From positions 2,046,001 to 2,110,000 of the forward strand of contig CP075493.1 in assembly GCA_021613535.1 (NCBI GenBank): a stretch of DNA of 64,000 nt, read 5' to 3'. This DNA comes from Adineta vaga (Eukaryota > Animalia > Rotifera). How positions within the stretch are numbered: position 1 is the first letter of the stretch; each line of letters begins with the position of its first letter. This document shows, piece after piece, positions 37,344 to 50,241 of this stretch. Both the position numbers and the translations under genes were made by a program. The notes beneath the pieces were generated by a model. That model saw only the letters and a list, made by a program, of their open reading frames with translations, searched no databases and was not told where the DNA came from.

Positions 37344-39099
37344 TGGCAGATATTTTCTATTTCTATTCATCTTATGTAAAAACAAACATCTTTATGAGAG
37401 ACGTTTTGAGAATATGAATAAGAATGACTTTGTTCAATTACTACTGACTATTTTCAGCATATGTGCTTGATGATATGCGTGGGTAAGAATCAAAGAACTC
37501 AAATTTCACCCTATTGCACAATAAAAAAACAGATGATCATCAACAAATGCTCTTACACTATCTTGAGCGCTTATTTTTCTTTCTTTATGCTTTGAAAACA
37601 GAGAAAAAAGAAAACAATATATCGATTTGATCTTCTTCTTTATATATCATCACATTTTGGGATCGCATGTTTCTAAAACAATCAGATTAAATAAACTTTT
37701 GGCTTATTTTAGCCATCGTCCCTATCGAATATTTCAGTGAACGAAATGGATCCAGTGGTAATATAAATGGAACAAAAGTTAAATCATTAAACGAAGAAAA
37801 TCGTGTTTAATCCAAGTCTCTTTTGCTTTTCTCTTTCATTCTTCTCATCCAACATCTTAATCATATAAACACGCATTTAGGAAAATCGTTAATAGTATCA
37901 AGAATGATCATTAAGCAATTCATATTTCTTCTCCTACAGTATAAGGCGCTTAAAAAAAGAAAAGATGTTTCTCTCTCTCTCTCTCATATTTGTATGTAGA
38001 TTAGTTTCGATATCTTTTTCTTTTCTTTGTCTATGTGTTTAATCTTCAAAGAGCTTTACAGTATTTCTTCTCGTTTTTTTTTCTTCGCTGTTGTGTTCTT
38101 TATTTTTTTGCTGTTTGTCTTTTTCTTTTCTCTGGCAATGACAAATTCAGAGATTCTTCTATCTATCTGTTCTTTTTCTATTGTCATCAAAGAAGAAAAT
38201 AACTTCTACTTTTTGTTGTTCGAGTTACGACACATTCCCGGACATGAAACAATGAAATTCTAATCAATCGTACATTTTCTTCTTTTCTCTGCATATTCAT
38301 AACATCAGCCTTACTTATCTTATCTTCTTCTTCTTCTTCATTCTTTTCTTTTTTCGTTTGTTCTTGCTCAAGTTCAGCGTTCATGTGTGTTTTGATGTTT
38401 GAGCGTGCTCATTGCATTCGAATTTGTCTCTTTTGTTGATGTTGCTTCGTGTTCGCGATTAGTTTATAAGCAAATAAAATATGTCAAAATCGTCTTGTGG
38501 ATGGTGAGCATGCTTTACAATTAAGAGATTATCCTTCACCATCATATCATGATCACTATTTTACGAATCACACGAATGAAATAATAATTGAATATAAGAT
38601 GAATATCAAAAATGAAATTAAACTTTTGTTGACTATTGCGAGACACATGAAGAAATGTTAAACAAAGTTTGTTTTGTGCAACAGTGCGATTTGAAATATA
38701 AATTGACGGATGAAGCGATCGACAAACTAAGATTATTAATAGTTCAATACACTTTTAATATTTATACATTTCCCGGAGGCAATCGGAAACATACCCAAAT
38801 AAATGGATTATACAACGAAAAATTACAAGTTTTTTTCCTAACAAATGTTATTTTGTAAACATTTGATCGCGATCTAATCATTCTCTTATATATATATATA
38901 TATATATATTTCATAAAAATGATCAAAGATCCTAAAGATCAGTAATAGCTTTTTGATCAAACTTCCACAGTCTAAGAAACAATTTAACATAAATCTAATA
39001 AACTCAGTCGTCAGACAAAATAATATATCAACATACAGAACCCATAGAGGTCGTAGTATGTAGCTAAGAAAGGTTGACCATCTGAATGAGTTGCTCTTA

Positions 39100-40350
39100 A
39101 AGCTTCAAGAAATCTTTCGAGTGATAAGACTCATTTAGTGTGATCGTCCATGCTATCGCTGGTAGCAGATAGTGTGATTTGCAAATTTTCAGGTATTTCT
39201 CGATTACATGAAGGAACAATTGAATATTTAATCATTTTGTCATATGCGATACCTATGTCTCTATACGAAGTAAGTATGTCAGGAAGAAACTTTTCATAAA
39301 ATTCCAATCGATTTCATAGAAAATTGAATTGCTTAGAAAATGATAAATATTGATTCTCTCATATTTCTCACATTTCCGATCTAATACAACTTGTAACACT
39401 TTTCCTACTTGATCAAAAGCGCCCAGTTTAATGGGCAAGTGTCCTAAATGATACCATCCATCTTTATATGAAAAAAGATTCTTTTCGAATATATTGAGTT
39501 TAAAAAAATATTCAGCTCGAAGTCAGTAATACTATTCGTTTTCAGATTCACTTGGAAAAAGCAATTTTTTGTTTCTAGTGGTCTAATATCATCGATCCGA
39601 AAAACAGAGTGCATAGAGAAGAGCATTTTTTCTTCGGCACTATAATAACTAGAGTAACAGGTACCAACCAATATTGCTGATGATGTTGATGGATCGACTC
39701 TTATAACAAATAAACCTTGACAACGGAATACTGTAAACGAATGATTGAAACTAAAACATTGCTCTAAATGAAGTTGAGTGATATTTTGATCAAGATCTTC
39801 TATGAAGAAATCCATAACACGTAATGCTCGATTAAGCATTCTATAGAGAAAACTGGCTCCTGTATACCATTAGATTGTTATATGATGTCGAAATTCCTGT
39901 TCGATTTGATCGATTAGTTTTAGTGATGAGATATTGGTAGCACATACTTTTCGATAAAATGTAAAAAATTCTTCAATATCTGAGTGTACATAAACGATAG
40001 TTGAAGACGATCATGTATTTTATTCAAAGGAACAAAACTCATAGGAATCGAGTGCTGGTTTCAACTTTCGAGAATGTGTTTAAGTGTTTCACATATTGGC
40101 TAGATATTTGTGAAAACATCATTAGTTTTCCACCATTGTTCAGATTGTATCTTCCCTTCAGAAAAGAAATAAGTTCATCCATATCGACAAAATATATGTA
40201 CTGTATTGACCATTTATTTCGACTGTTGGATAGTAGTATAATAATCAGAGTTTTTTGTTTTATTTGCGTTATTATTCAGCCAAAATACAAGAACATTTTC
40301 GTTTGAACGAAGACAACGCTTCCGTCGAGCATCATCTCTATTTTCAATAT
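39100..40350 (-). pseudogene. Degenerate receiver-ART-TPR paralogue (boundaries approximate)
   Basis: Fragments ENVLVFWLNNN...SK*MVNTVHIF, QWWKTNDVFTNI*PICETLK, I*WYTGASFLYRMLNRALRVMD, TVFRCQGL and EEKMLFSMHSVFRIDDI align with the 8092-9978 protein. It carries stops, frameshifts and a deletion of the STS motif. Confidence 0.85.
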
Positions 40351-43300
40351 GTGAATTATCACTTGCTAATTGCTTCAACTCATTTATGGTTTGTGTACAA
40401 AAAAATCAATCAAGCGGTATTGCTTTCGTCTACATTGTTTTTTCAATGTTGTATATGTATGTAATATACTTCACAAATGTATCTGAAAACGATTAAACGC
40501 ATTTATCTATGTTCCTATTTTATATTGTAACGCACAATTCGATACAAATAAGGATAAGATTTTTCTCAGCTTCGAATTTTATTATTAACACAGGCAATGC
40601 AACTAAATAGAAAAAGAAGAATATTGCTTGAACCATTCCCTATAAAAGTCAATTCTGATTCGAATGATGATATATTTCAGTTAAATCAAACATTCTTTTT
40701 CTTTTTTTGCGTTATGTTGTATTGAAATTTACGTTGACGTTAGTTAAATATAATTTCAGAATAAATAATGTGTTCTATTCTCATACATTTGTCGATTAGT
40801 AATAAACGATGATTACACACGCAAGAAGTGATAGAAAGCAGAAACACGGTAATCAAAAAGAAACTTTCCATATCTTTTCATGTTAAAGAACAAATGACAA
40901 AAAAACTGTTTACTGTTCTGAAGAGTATTGACAGTAAATGATTCTCTAGTTACAAACATGTTGCTATACATACAACAGCTTATCAACTATAGATAAAAGC
41001 ATGTAAGTACTATCTGTAGTTAGGAATACTGAAACTATATGTTTGTCTATAAGTAAAACATTTCTCTATCTTCAAGGCGAAAAAGAATTACCGTCGTTTG
41101 TCGTAACGATAACAGACTTTGTTTCGATAAATCTCCCCGTTCGGAATCAATTCAGGAAACAGCGTTATGCCGTTTTAACAATTTATTTCACACGTCAATA
41201 TTTTTCCGAACAAACAATAGTTTTTCGGATTGACCTTCAAAAAAATTCGCTCTAACGTATGTAATACTATTGCTATTTCCTGAATTTGACTGAAACAAAT
41301 CTCGTTCATAGTTCTCTAATGTAAATGAATGAATGACAAACTTTATTGAATACATCTCCTCGTTTATTTTCTTCGATCTTTTTTTCCCGACATTCAATCT
41401 CAACGATCAGATTAATATAAGAAGCCGAAGCGACGCACTAAAAAATACAATCGTCATCAAACAATAAAGTCAATTCCGCTCTTTTTATTTTTCTTGAAAA
41501 CACAATCGTATGTTTTAATGTTGTTGTTTCATCGTCTATTCGAATTTCCTTGTTCGCTTCATTAATCAACAAATCGACATGAAATAGAAGTGAATATATA
41601 TATATATATATATATATATCTCGATCGATTTCAAAAGTCTTTTGTGCACTGACCGATATGCAATATAAATCATCGAAGAAAACTCCCGTCTAAGATGTCT
41701 GTATGGCAAACACAGGAAACGGATGTAGAGCACGTTATGTACGTTCTTTTAGTTGACATTATGTTCTCTATTTTTATTATTAAAGTCACATAAAATCGTT
41801 TTCATTTCCTTCAATTCTACGCATGATATGCATCGATGAATTTCTCAAGTCTCAAGCATAGAAAAAAAACTCATGTTAGTGTTCAGTCATTGAATACATA
41901 ATACCAATGAACCTTGTGTTTATTGTATTTAGTAATAATACTGTAATTCCTATCAATGTTAAGTAAAACAGCCGGAAATATGTTATTTAAGTAGTTAGTG
42001 ATGTTCATGTAATACGATGCCACCTTTTCTTCTTCTTCTTCTTCTTCTTTATTAACATATATTGAAAAAAAATTTGAAGTTTCGAAGGTAGAAGAAAGCC
42101 CTTTATGTACTTAAAGATAATGTAAGTAAGTTTTATTCATAGAAGCAAAACGGAGGTCATTTTTCTTATGTGATTTAGAAGTGATGATTTTACTTTTCTC
42201 TTTTTTCAGTTTGATCAAATTAAATTGTGTGAAAAAAGAATGATATAATTGCTTCACATTCTCTTTCGTAACTACGGCAAGTCTAGTTGATAATGCGTGA
42301 CATAGTGGACATCACGTTGTAAGTTCAATGCCAATTTTTTCTTCTTCTTCTTTCTCTCGCTCTCTCTCTCTCTCTCTTATTGTTCTCTTTAACATCGAGT
42401 ACTTTAGTATTCATTCTTTCATTTTTCACTAGAATATTTCTAATGTGTCTGTAGATGAATAGTGTTGTTCAAACATCGATCGCAACGAGTAGAACATCAA
42501 CAAAAGAGAAGCGTGAAGAGAAAGAAAACTAATGTTGAATTTCGAGCAAGTGTAACATTGTTCATATACTTTAGATTGAATAGTCATCGTCATTGGCAAA
42601 TGAATCTTACGAGTATGTTGATGTCTTCCTTTTACAGTCGGATTTAGTTCGGCTTTACCAATTTTTTTCTCTTCGCATCTAACCACTCGAAATATATAAA
42701 GATGAAACTATGTTTCCAAAGGATTATTGCCAATCGTATATGACAGAAGAAAAAAACTTGATTCAACGGATTGATTGCGCACTCGAAGTCATCATAGGAT
42801 TGAGCGATGTTTACATTAGAAGCTTTCTTTTCTCTCTCTCTCCCTTTCTTTTTTTGTATTTCGATAAGCTTTGAAGATCAGTTTGGCAGATTGCGTCATG
42901 ATCAGAGAATATTATACTATCGAGAATCACTACCACATCAACAGTTGCTTTTCCGTTATTCTGGTTGTATTTTATCTAAATAGCTTTATGTATGTGTGAA
43001 ATTTCTTTCTTTTCTCTTCCGTCTATACATGATCAATACATAATAATCCTACTCTAATGAATCCTTTCAATCGTTACAATAATGTTAGTGCTACCAGTTG
43101 TTTTCTTTGCAATTTTATTCGCTCGTATCTTATGGTACACATTGGTATGTATATAGATATTTATATGTAAATGATGATTTGTTAGATTCTTTGGAAATAA
43201 TAGTCAGAAGAAAGAAAGAGACAATGATCTAGTCTAAATAAACATTATTTTTGATAATGAATAGTAGATGATACTAAGAAAATAGAAGAATCATTCAACA

Positions 43301-43945
43301 TGAAACAAAGTCTTTAAACCTCTCCTGATCATTTCATCTTATTCGAGTGTGTGTGTGTGTCGTTCCTTCAGATGTAACGATATATTATTCTCAAATAGAT
43401 AGACAACCTATGAAATCTTTCCTCATCAACACACATACTTTCTAGGAGAATTGCATGATTCTTGTGATGAATTGAGCCGAAAAGAAACACATGATAAGAC
43501 ATGCATACATAGATGTCTGAAATGACTGACTGGAAAAGCTCGTTATACTCACGATGAAGATAAGCATCGAAGTATATGTACATTCTCCGAAGAAAACTTC
43601 ATGAAATATATCTATCAGCAAGTGTTCCTAATTGACTTGTTCTATCATATTTGTCTTATGAGTATTCAGGTGCATTAGATAATGATCATTCTTCATTCAT
43701 TCATTCTTTCTTTCTTTCTTTATTCTAGTTCATGAGAAAGTAGAAGAGAGAAAAATCTCTCACTTTCTTTTCTCATTCACTCTCCTTGGATTCATCATCT
43801 TCTATTACTTCAAAACAAAACTCGACTGTCGAGATTATCTTTTCTTCTAGATGAAAATTATCCGATAATTTCAGTTGAAAAGAAAAAGAAAATTATGAAT
43901 GATTAAATTCTTATCATTTATTTAATGGAATCGAAACAACAGACT

Positions 43946-44663
43946 ATGCTTGTCTGGCAAACATTTGTTTGTCTTCTATATTTCATTGTATTTTGTAAGT
44001 ATAAGTTTTCTTTTCTTAACATACATATGCTTGAGGCAATCAATTTTAGTTAATGGTATATCAGCGCATATAGAACCGGAGATTGTTTCAACAGAAAACG
44101 AAATTATTACTTATGTTAATCATACAGCTAAACTTTCTTGTACGATTCGAAATCGAAATCGACAACATGTAAGAAGAAAATCTGGTTTTCAATGAACTAA
44201 AATCGATGAAATTTTAGGTCACATGGACTCGTGTTACTTACATAAATGAAACTCGTAAAATTACAGGTCTTTTATATGTTGATTTAGTTAAATATACACC
44301 ATCGAGTCGATATGATCTAACACATTCAGTTAGTAAAGATAACCAAGAATTTTGGAATTTAACAATTCGTCAAATTTATCCAACAGATCAAGGTTATTAT
44401 AGTTGTGTTGTATCAACAATAAAACCAGTCTCGAAAATATTCCATATCAAAGTTATTGGTAAGAATAATTCTGCTTTAATCTATGTAATTATTGTTTCTA
44501 AGTAGAAAATTCACGAAATCTTTCTCTTGCTTTACGTTCTACGATGGATATTCAACAAAAACAACAACAACAAGGAAAAGAACAACGAAATTCATCCTTA
44601 GCATTAATTCCAATGTCGTTATCGACAAGTTTTCTATTGATTATTTTGGTATTCATTCTCTAA
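43946..44663 (+). CDS. Small single-Ig-domain cell-surface protein with signal peptide and probable GPI signal (Dpr/IgLON-like); 4 exons
   Basis: MLVWQTFVCLLYFIVF|...TAKLSCTIRNRNRQH|VTWTR...WNLTIRQIYPTDQGYYSCVVST...|...NSSLALIPMSLSTSFLLIILVFIL*. Shows the Ig C-W-DxGxYxC pattern and a hydrophobic C-terminus. Confidence 0.85.
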
Positions 44664-45228
44664 AACTTGTGAATATGATTTACAAAAGTCTTTGTTCCCC
44701 TGAAGAATATCGTTGAACAGTGATGATTTGTCGAAGATAACGGACTTCATTTGCTAATATATATTTAGAAAACACTGTGTTGTATTTGTATTTGATCAAA
44801 AACGAAATTTTTCCTTTCTCTCTTTTTTTTAGTCTATTAATAAACTGGTGAGTTCAATATTTTAGATCATGTCAAGATGAGAATGTTTATTAAGAACGTC
44901 CTCGATCTTTCTCTCTATGTATCATGATATATATTAGTCATATGATATATATACGGGAGTTCTCACGTACTTTTTCCCAGTTGATCATATCGATCTTCTT
45001 TCCAATTTTCTTCAGGCACGTTCGATATGCGATTGATTAGTATCGTCTAATACAAATGATTTGATTTGCTAAACTATTTTCGACTAAAATTCGAATTTTT
45101 CTTTGATTACATCAATGAAACATGTCGTAAAGGTAATAGTGACCTTTAATTTTGTTTTTCTAAGGCTTTAATAACAATAAAAGAACAGATATGCATGTAA
45201 AATTAGTTAGATCTAGCAAAGCAACTAC

Positions 45229-45354
45229 TAGCGACGGCGACAGAATTTCCATTCAGGGGTGGAGGGAGCTAAACCTATCCAAAAAATATTCAGAGTGGGA
45301 TTTTTGTAATATAAAAATCAGGGTGTGCTCAGCCCACCCTTGAAGCCATCACTA
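45229..45354. mobile_element. 126-bp hAT-type MITE with a perfect 8-bp target-site duplication
   Basis: GCAACTAC flanks both ends (45221-45228 and 45355-45362). TIRs TAGCGACGGC / GCCATCACTA match at 8 of 10 positions. An internal inverted pair TTCAGGGGTGG / CCACCCTTGAA is also present. Confidence 0.85.
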
Positions 45355-47104
45355 GCAACTACCCAATAAAATGACATTCAAATGTTGTTCAATTACTCAG
45401 AAGATATGATTGACATAATTTCAATTCTTCTCAAGTGTATACTTCTACGAAGATTTAATAACTAATGTAAAAAAAACTTTAGAAAAAGAAATTCAACATC
45501 TTGAAGACTTACAAAAATATTCGAATTTCTATATATATATAAACTATCAATAGATTCGTTTTTCAATCAGATATTTTCTATATCAAAACTATGTACATTA
45601 CCGACATGCTGGGGGAGTTTTCTTTGAGATAAAGTTAATATCTTTCTTTAATGTCATTGAATGCTTAGATCTGCTTGACCTTTTCATTATTTTCTTATAA
45701 ACAAAAAAAATTTGAAGAGAAAGATTTTTTAATTTGACACATTGAATAATCGTGTCATTGAAAATTGATTAATTGGACTAAACAAAATGATCTTTTCTTT
45801 TTCTTTTTTTTCAAGGTGATTCACATTTATCGAATTCAAAAATAAAGCAGACGCTAATCAATCGTTTTCATTTCAACTAATTATCATATTCAATCTAATC
45901 CTTAAGGTTATACACGTGTAGTTCATTTATACAATCATGTATATGTTAATCTTTTTACATTTTCAAAGAATCTAAATCTTTAATAATAAACATTTCAAAT
46001 GTTAGCTTCTTTTTCTCGAATGACATTTCGAGATCGATATGAACTATTCTAATGTTTTACATTGGAATTCCATTGGGAATTTTTGATGACAACTTTCTCT
46101 TTCTTTTTTTCTATTTTGTAATATTCATTCGACTTTTTTTCCATATCAATCAATTGATTTGGTGAAAGAAAAGAAAAACGATGAAGTCCGTACTCTTGAT
46201 AGGATCTCTTCATGCTAATGAATAGACCGTTATACGCAGTATATGTATATACATATATTCAAATAAGATTAGATCAATTCATCTATGCTTATTGAAAATT
46301 TGTTCGATGAAGAAAAGATTGTTCTAGTTGATCAAATTGATCTATTTAAATCAAAAGACACCGATTGAATATTGATTTTATGACAAGATTTTTTCTTAAA
46401 TCTTTTGAATATCAACTAGTAAGACTCGTCTAGGAATAGTGGCAATAGCAGGCAAGAACAACAACATCGTCGACGATGTTCTATTGCAATACAGCGTCTT
46501 CTCGTTTCTTGTCATTTCTTTTCTAACCATTTTGTTCATCAGATCTTTCACTTTTTGCCAAAATTGCCTTCGCGCGTGTAGAATTTTTCTCAATTAAAAC
46601 TATCCATTCGATAGAAGACACTTTGCTCTTTCATATTCTAGAAAAAAAATTTCAATAAAAGTTTTTAATCTCTATGAAATTCATTCAAACTTTACAAATA
46701 TACATCAAATCTGATCTTGTTCGTTCGATGTTTCGACATTTTTTTCCCTATTCGCATCTTCAAAACACAGTCCAATTCATATCAATCGATAGGAAAAAGT
46801 CTTCTCTATCGAATAGACGTTGATTTGAAAAATAAATTCCATAATTTTCACGAAAAAAAACACGATTTGTTGAAGAGGGTTTGAACAATATGTGAAAATA
46901 TCGAACGACAAAAACGATCCTATGTGCGGTTCGAGTCGTTTAGGGAGAAGGAAGGAGAGAAAAAAAGCAACAACGACATCGACCAACATACACTACCACC
47001 ATCATTCATCGACATCGTTCTCTCTCGCGCGCACACAAACACACCCTCAACTTATTCTTTGCTTCATATTCATATACATACATTTATTTCTCAAATAAAA
47101 CAAA

Positions 47105-48166
47105 ATGACTGATCCAACTGGTCCAGCATCAACATCCGCTCATGCATCTCAAGCAACATCAGGTTCAGCTGCTAAGAAAAGCAAAAGCAATGCAGGAAAT
47201 AAAGTAAAAAAAGCGAAATCAGCAAGTACTCATCCAAAATTTTCGGCTATGATTAAACAAGCTATAACACAATTAAATGATCGAAATGGTACATCAAAAG
47301 CAGCGATTTTAAAATATATCTTAGCAAACTTTAAGATCAATTTTGCTACAGTTAATCAACATCTTAAATCAGCATTACGTGCTGGAATTAAAAATAAATC
47401 ATTGAAACAAACCAAAGGTGTTGGTGCAAGTGGAAGTTTCAAATTAGGTGCAGTAGCACCAGCAAAAAAGAAAAGTTCAGCAGCTGGTAAGAAGAAAACA
47501 TCATCGTCAACAACGAAGAAATCTTCAACTGCAAAACCAAGAAGTCGATCGAAAACACCAGGTGGAACTAAAAAAGCAGCTGGTAGTAAGACAAAAAAAG
47601 CACGATCATCAAGCAAGCCAAAATCAGCAGCTGCTGGTGGTGCAAAACGAAAACGTTCAGCTTCACCAACAAAAAAACCAGTAGCAGCCAAAAAACCAGC
47701 TACCGCTGCACCATCAACTAGCAATGTTGCACCAGCAACTACCGCTGCACCAGCATCAGCAGCTCCTGCTGCTGCTGCTACTACCGCAACCAAAAAGAAA
47801 GCATCAACAGGCGCAAAAAAAGCCAAAACAGGTTAGTTGAATTGATGTAAATACATTGAATCTATTCTCTTCTTTTTTTTCTTTAATACATTTAGCTAAA
47901 CCAAAATCGAAAGTATCTGCTAAGCCAAAATCAGCAGGCAAAGCTAAAAGTCCAAAGAAGAAAGCAGCTTCACCAAAAAAGAAAGCTGCTGCTAAACCAA
48001 AGAGTAAAACAACAAAAGCCAAATCTCCTACTTCGTCAGCGCCTACTACGTCTTCAGCGTCGGCGACAACATCGAGTGCTGCGCAGCTCCTGCAGCAAAA
48101 AAAGTACGAAAAAGTGCAGCACCAAAAAAAGCCAAAAGTTCAAAAAAAGCTGCCAATAAAAAATGA
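47105..48166 (+). CDS. H1: Linker histone H1, intron-containing (apparent frameshift near 48082 in this sequence)
   Basis: H15 globular domain HPKFSAMIKQAITQLNDRNGTSKAAILKYI...LKQTKGVGASGSFKL with a K/A/S-rich tail containing SPKK motifs. Intron at 47832-47895. As assembled the ORF ends at 48191, but the H1-like frame ends at TGA 48164-48166. Confidence 0.92.
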
Positions 48167-49094
48167 GAAAATGATGTATATAATTGTTTAACATCTATTT
48201 TTTCGTGAGCGTGTGTGTGTATCCTGTAGATTGTACTTTTTTACTTCTCATTATTGATTGCAGATATGAAACTCCTTCTATTGTCTTCTAACGTATTTAC
48301 TTTTGTTTCTATTCGATGTTGTTTTTGTTTCGTCGTTGTGTTTGTAAGGCGTATTATGAACGCCGAGATGACTATTTGCTATTACTATTACTATTATTAG
48401 AACTATATTCGTGTGTTACCCTTCTCTCTCTCTCTCTCTTTTCTTCTTCTTTTTTTTGTTTTGCTTCTGTATATATCTATAGACATACATTCTTTTCCTG
48501 TCTCGCCGTTGATCGAGATAAATAAAGAGAAAAAAAAACGAAAAAAAAAGAACTCTTATTCTTTATTTCAATAAGATCAGATGATAAAATAGGTATTAAA
48601 TGTTCATGGTACTTTTCACGTACATTGTCTCATATAAACGTATCGATAAATAAAGCACGTAGGTATGAAATCGTATTCGTCATGTTCAAGCCTTCGAACA
48701 GAAAGAAACAAAAGAGCTCATCATTTTTCTCCTTACATTATCTTTCGAACTTCAATAGAATAAACGACCGACAAATTTCGACAGGAGATTTCTTTTTATG
48801 TCCATTCATTCCTATCAAATAAACCTGTAGGCGCTTATATAAACATCCGAAACAAAGTGACCAATAAAAATCTGACGTGAATGTGAACATAAGCTTAAAT
48901 AAACACATACATTTACAAAAAAAAATGGTAAAGTTAAATATTCATTTCAAGTGGTTCTTTCTCTTTACTTTGATTATTTGAATTTGACATAACTATTAAC
49001 AATATGTTCTTATCCTCGTTTTTTTTTCTTCTTCTTTTTCGCTCAACACTTCCGGCCAATTGTATAGATTATAACTTTTATTTCTCATCGATTG

Positions 49095-49970
49095 TTAAAC
49101 TCTCGAGACAATAATTTGAACAATGGGAATATCATTATATTTTTCTTTAATTAAATTTCGAACTTTTTCGATGATTTGTTCTTTCATGTACTGATTTGAT
49201 TGTTTTTGAGTCCATTCATAAGTTTTCAAATGTTCAATTAACCAATTTGGTGTCATTAAAATGAAGTCAAGATCAAAACTCATCGGTGTTCGATAAATTT
49301 CAATAGTACAAGATTCAAGTTTTAATCCATTCTTTTCTGCAATATCTTCCAGATATTTTCTTGATCGATGAGTGATTGACTTTCGTGTAACATCTCTCGA
49401 GAAATATTTCGGATAATCAAAAGATGTTAAAACATCATTAACACTCTTTTCAAATTCTTCATCTTTTTCATAATTTTGAGTTTCATCAAAGGCATGATAC
49501 CATAATGTATACAGAAAATAGCCAGTTTTGGGTTTGAGTAACTTAGCTACAATTGGATAAATATTATCTTCCGACATTAGATGCATGGAAGCATTGCATA
49601 GAATAAAATCGAAGTAATCTCGAGGAATATTCGATAATGAAAGACAATCTTCAGCAGAACTTTGATAAATATGAGGCGTTTTAATATGATTTCTAGCGTT
49701 GATACACATTTGTTCAGCGGGTTCAATAAGATATATTGATGATGGTGATATATGTAAATGTTTAATCAATAATTTTGAAATTAAACCAGTTCCTGCAGCT
49801 AAATCCATGATATGAACATTTTCAATATTATTTCTTCGATGTTTTTCAACGAATCTTATCATATACATTGCCATATCGGTAAATATTTGATATTGTCCAA
49901 TTAAGATTTCATATGCATCAGCACGTGTATGCCACGAATCGATGGTTTTCTTTCGATCATTATCAGTCAT
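49095..49970 (-). CDS. Intronless class I SAM-dependent methyltransferase
   Basis: Motif I IMDLAAGTGLIS, acidic post-beta2 segment IEPAEQM, and motif FDFILCNASMHL. First ATG at 49970. Confidence 0.85.
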   Translation of the reverse strand: MTDNDRKKTIDSWHTRADAYEILIGQYQIFTDMAMYMIRFVEKHRRNNIENVHIMDLAAGTGLISKLLIKHLHISPSSIYLIEPAEQMCINARNHIKTPHIYQSSAEDCLSLSNIPRDYFDFILCNASMHLMSEDNIYPIVAKLLKPKTGYFLYTLWYHAFDETQNYEKDEEFEKSVNDVLTSFDYPKYFSRDVTRKSITHRSRKYLEDIAEKNGLKLESCTIEIYRTPMSFDLDFILMTPNWLIEHLKTYEWTQKQSNQYMKEQIIEKVRNLIKEKYNDIPIVQIIVSRV

Positions 49971-50241
49971 GATATTCAATCAAAAAAACAAAATAAAAAA
50001 AGGAATAACTATTTTTATTACTAAAAATTTTATTTATTTATTTATCTTTGAAAGAAATTTTGTTAATCTAGTAAAACTTTCTCCCTCTCTTTCGGTTCAT
50101 TTCACAAATATAGAAAGAACAAAAGAAAAAACGTGTAAAATGAAATCTAATGAAGCAATTATGGGAGTCAATGAAACATAAAATCACTGTTGTAAGCAAG
50201 AAATTGAAACAAAATTATCAGATCGAGCAAAAGGATTGATA

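Noticed and set aside
38187-38384. Glu/Lys-rich 65-aa minus-strand ORF
   Set aside because: It derives from a TCT/TTC simple repeat and has no recognisable gene structure.
41594-41619. (TA)n microsatellite; other TA/CT/CA runs near 17627, 33663, 38888 and 57510
   Set aside because: Ordinary simple repeats with no further structure.
47356-48022. Ala/Phe-rich minus-strand ORFs
   Set aside because: Antisense shadows of the low-complexity histone H1 codons.
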